A stretch of 50,184 nucleotides of DNA, filler included, from Sphacelaria rigidula (lineage: Eukaryota): NCBI GenBank assembly GCA_964200075.2. It is 3 parts of 3 records of this genome, joined end to end, with 100 filler letters (N's around TTAATTAATTAA, not from the genome) between each part and the next. Parts side by side here need not be neighbours in the genome. Positions count along the whole stretch, not along the records: positions 33,526 to 50,184 come from CAXNAA020001287.1; 2 more parts are not named here. The stretch is one strand, 5' to 3'. How positions within the stretch are numbered: position 1 is the first letter of the stretch; each line of letters opens with the position of its first letter. Below, piece after piece: positions 45,862-50,184 of this stretch. A program made the translations under genes and the position numbers. The notes beneath the pieces are model-generated. The model was not told the DNA's origin. It made no database searches and saw only the letters and a program-made list of their open reading frames with translations.

Positions 45862-48800
45862 GGAAGGCGGGCCAGTGCACGAAACGTCTCTGCCCTCCCG
45901 GTAAGACGCTTACATTCCGCTTGCATGCTCCAGCTGCTGCTCATGGGCGCGATGGTGATTGTGGGGATACATAGTGGCACTTCTCGTGTTTTGTTGAGAT
46001 GTAGCGTAATGAAACGGAATATCTGGCGTTATCTGCGTGTCCCCTGGGCAAGGAGGGAGGTTACTTGGCCAACATCGAGTCTCACTCCGTTCGGCGTTAT
46101 TGGATGCATGTGTGTATCTATCCTTCAGCACAAATCACCAGAATAGTCATGTTTTCTTGTGCTGGCTTGCACCGTAGCGACTAGGCCACTAAACTCCCGA
46201 GACTTGGGAAGGTACTACGAGTACCGCCTCGGGTTACAGTTAGAGGTGAGCGGTGCTACTCTACCCACGAGAGCGGTACAGAAAGTTTGGACGCATGTAT
46301 TTGGGTCAGCGACGACTAATCCCTCGATTAGGGGGTTCAACTGGGCTGGCATGAATACACCGAATCGTTAATGTCAGGATCGCACAAACAACGTGATGAT
46401 TGATGGGGAAAATGATCGATTTATTGCCCTGTAGGAATTATTGTCTTGGTAAGATTTATGGCTTTGGATGCTGCGTCTTGTGCGTCGCACTGCCCCCCTC
46501 CCCCCAACCCACTATGAGCTGGGCCGGCCGAGAAAACCAGTGTGTCAGTTGGTCGTATTTTGAACGGCACCGAGTGAGAGCAGGCTAAGAAGAATGTCTT
46601 GACTCGTGGGGGCAGTCAGTCACGCGCAGACATCGGGTTCGAGAAATCACCAGGCTGGTGTCTTGAAACCCGCGTCTCCATTTTTGCACTTTTTTTGTAT
46701 CAGGTTTTCGTGTCGACTTGTGTAGAAAATTCTCATCCAAACAGTTTTTCCGAATTCGCCGAAACTTCGTCCTGTAAAACACCGCAGGCGAAAGTAAAGG
46801 GGTAAGAGTCTAATTCCGCAATTCATTTCCGTTCGAAAGTTCTGGCCGACACCCTACGTTGGATGTTGTATTGATTGATTGTATGCAGAGCGATCGTGGT
46901 GGGAATATCTGCTAATATCACTTCGCCTAGGGCAAAGTTTTGAGTCGGAACCTGGTGGTGTACGTGTACGTGATTTGATTCGCGTGGTACTCGCTGACTG
47001 ATCCCGGCGCCCGCTGAAATTTGATGTTGAGAGTTTTCGTCACGAGACACGATAAACCACTTGGTTGGTCGTCGCCGAAAATACGAAGCAGGAAAGTTCA
47101 AGGGGGGTCGGAAGCTGCCGGTGAGTACTACGCAAACCACCTTTCAAAAAGTCGGTTCCTCTGTCTGATAATGGCGCTCAAGCTGTTGACTGAACCAGCT
47201 TAGATGCGAAGTAGGCAGTGGAGTACTTAAGGTTTGGTGTTCACGTGCACCTAGGTAACGACTAATCAATGAAATGATGGTCCTAGATCACTGTTCGATC
47301 AAAACTGCCCGCGCGCGAAGAACGAACGAGGGGCTGCAATTGTTCGCTCGACCCTTGTACCGTTTTTCCTGGCGGTGCTAATCGCTCCTTCTATCGCTCC
47401 CCTGTCTGTATTGGCCCTTGTGTTGCCTTGTAGGGTCGAAAGGTGGAAAACGACGGAAGACTGGAAAGAGGCGAAACGTTGGGAAACGACCAAACGAGCC
47501 AAAGTCCATAGCTGAGGAAGAAGAGGGCTGGAGCCCCTTGTCCATCTTCCAATAATTTTGATTTTGTTTTTGTTTGGCGTGGTGTCGCGTGCATGGAACG
47601 GGCTTGGATTTCCGCGACCAGTTGTGCAATACGACGGCCCTTTTGCTGTTGTCCTTGGAATGACCATCTGTCTTGATGTGTACGTGCGTGACGGTTGCCA
47701 GGACGACGACTTCCACTGTGTTAGCTGTGTGTATACGAGGGGCTCGCATGTACAGTACGTCCGTCCTGGTGCCACCCACGCCTGTGTTGTTGGTGTTGTA
47801 ATTTAACACCGCTCAGGAGTGAAGTCTTGTTTGGGAATTATTAATATTTATAGGTGGCTGTGCTGCTGTGCTCGATTCTCGTATAGATGTCGTGCTGTCT
47901 GTTTTTAATTTTTTTACATGTGTTTGCGTTCCAGTGTGTGAGCTGCACTTGCCTGCTGTTGGATAGACGGGCGGCGTTGTTGTTGGTCCTCGTCATTCCG
48001 CGCTGTGTACAAGGATGCCGTGTCGTGCGGCCACCATGGCAACAGTACTGCGAGTGCAATATGGCTCATGCTGTGCTTTTTCGAGGCGGATCTTGTCTAC
48101 TGACTGTAGATGCTGGCCAATACATGACGGTAGACCGCATGATACTTGGCGGTCACGTGCATCTTGTGTCGATACAATGTCTCTGGACGAAACAAACATA
48201 TCTCGGTGCGCATACTTGGACGTGTACACTGCAGGACTGCCGTTCACCTCAGTAGTCCAGTCTAGTCTGGTTCAATCTAGTGTAGTACTGTCTTGGGGAT
48301 AGGGACGAATGGTAGACTTATCGAACCCTTCGGCGGCACACGTGGACTATGAGTTTTGGAAGTCGATTTCATATTCCACTTGAACACTCGATCATTTCGT
48401 GTTTAATGCTGTTGTCGTTGATGATTCGGGCTGTGTCGTATCGAATTGTTTTCGTGTCGAGAACGTGTGGTCGAATCGAATTCGCTCATTTCTGATTCGT
48501 CCACGCTTTTTATTTTCTCAGATGCTCAAGAACATGAGTACCGTGGACGTCTCACGTACGAGCAAATTGGATTCCACCGTACGTTTTCGCGTCGAAAACA
48601 ATTTGACGAGACACGGCTTCATTGTGCACGCTTGAGGGCTAGTATCGGGCGGACATTAAACAGAGCAACTGCAATTGATGGAGAAATAGTCACTCCATTT
48701 GTTCGCGGAGTAACCGCCCATTTCTCAATCAGTAGCACCGCGTTCGCGAATTTGCTGTTCTTGCTTCAGTTTCAACCACTCGACAAGTACTCTGAGTATA

Positions 48801-50184
48801 GTGCAGTGGACACGGCAGTCAGTCCCTGCCTCATCAGAAACGCGGCACAGTAATCGTACAGAACAGCAGAAACAATGAATGGATCTCATGTGTGGCCACG
48901 GCGTGTGGTGTGGCTTGTCAAACGCGACGCCTGTGGAGTGGCCGCTTGCAAGCAAAGTTTGGTTGGTGCTTTTGTCATGATAGGTTTCGGAGCCAAGTAC
49001 TGTATATACTGTAAACTGTACAATACTATTCGACCCTTGGTTTTGAGATAACTTTAACATGGTTTCGCGAGTATAGTATCATAAGGTCATCGGCCACTGC
49101 GGCCACCGCAAGTAGAGTCGACAACTAGATAACAAACGGCCAAAGAAAAGGTACCCGCAGTGATGATTGGCCACATTTAGGTACAGCGGTTAGCTAGCGA
49201 GATTCCACATCCGCACGGAAGAACGGAAAAGGGAGGAAGGGCAGATAACTAAAATCGGCAATTTTTTGGACGAAGAAAAACGCAAATACACTCAATGCTC
49301 TAATTCAGATAATTGAGGTCATGACCCACATCATCCGGACCAAGTATATCTTCCCGTTTGGTGCTACAGTATAGTAAATGACTTCACTACGTCGCGAGAC
49401 GCCAAAGGTCGCCCCTAGATCGATCGCTGAAATTGTGCGCAAAACAGTGAGAAATGTTGCGTGGCATGGTGGTACGTCATATAAACCAGAGACTCAGGAC
49501 CTCGGAATACACGGTACGGTATACTTTCTGTGTCATCGCTGGGGGTTCTTCCCGGAAGGAGAAAACGGCTTCTCACGTGTAGACTCGGGCTTGTCCAGGT
49601 TTATGCTGGAAAGTCAACCAGCGCCATGTTCCGAAATAGATTGCCCTGTGCCCAGGGTGCTTCCAACTCCATTTATTTCGGTGTTTGTTACGTTGCCATC
49701 TCGGATTTCGGCGGTGGAACCGGAGCGGTCTGGGCTGGGCCCTTGTTAGAAGTGGCTCCAAAATGAAGGTCTGCCGCACGCACCCGGGGTATGGTGATGT
49801 GTCATTGCACGGAAGCGTCAAGTTGCATTGAAGCATAATTTGTGTTCGTGTCATCGCCGTCGCCCTACGTTTGCAAGGGCCTGCAGCAGGCCGGCGCTGA
49901 GACGCGATCCCTTCCCCGGCAAATTCCCGCTAGGTCGTTCCGCACCGGTCCCAGCCACCACCATGCCTGTTTTCAAGTACACGTACACGACTTGCTTTCC
50001 GGTATGCTGTAGACTATAAGTTGCGAGCTGCTGTTTCTCGGGCAGACAGGAGACAGCGTCAAGCATCAAGCAGCTGCACGCTAGGCCGAGGGGCCCCATA
50101 TCGGGAAATGACGGCACCCCCCCCCCCCCCCCCCCCCCCCCCCGCCCCCCACCCAGGCCTCGGCCGGGCGGGGGCCCAGAGGGG

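Noticed and set aside
47362-47427. Possible minus-strand 66-nt exon (GNTRANTDRGAIEGAISTARKN)
   Set aside because: The acceptor is plausible but the donor is weak, with no recognisable homology or partner exons.
48326-48637. piggyBac-like MITE (CCCT...AGGG ends)
   Set aside because: The terminal match is weak and the flanks (CGAA / CTAG) do not form a TSD.
49851-50117. 88-aa minus-strand ORF and nearby short ORFs
   Set aside because: No recognisable motifs or supported splice structure; adjacent to a poly-C tract.

Overview
Eukaryotic, repeat-rich DNA with spliceosomal introns. The long introns and a signal-peptide plus transit-type N-terminus suggest a brown alga or related stramenopile (inference). 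The window is three sequence blocks joined by artificial N-TTAATTAATTAA-N linkers (16665-16763, 33426-33525). Block 1 holds one exon of an SV2/SVOP-like MFS transporter (minus strand) and nested transposons: a Mutator/foldback-like element with ~700-bp TIRs and a 9-bp TSD, split by a complete but degenerate chromodomain Ty3/gypsy element (258-bp LTRs, 4-bp TSD); an intron-containing pogo (DD31D) element and its 489-bp MITE derivative; (CAA)n-tailed retroposon ends; Helitron-like ends; and tandem tRNA-like cassettes. Block 2 holds a ~14-kb degenerate minus-strand Ty3/gypsy element plus remnants of a relative. Read through its stop codons, its integrase ends in a chromodomain followed by a second, Tudor/PWWP/Agenet-like domain that is conserved in the remnant copy; this is the most novel signal in the window. 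Block 3 holds a four-exon type II peroxiredoxin gene (312 aa, probably plastid-targeted, lacking the usual second Cys, with a C-terminal extension) whose 9.3-kb intron carries several long hairpins. All identities quoted are approximate hand counts.
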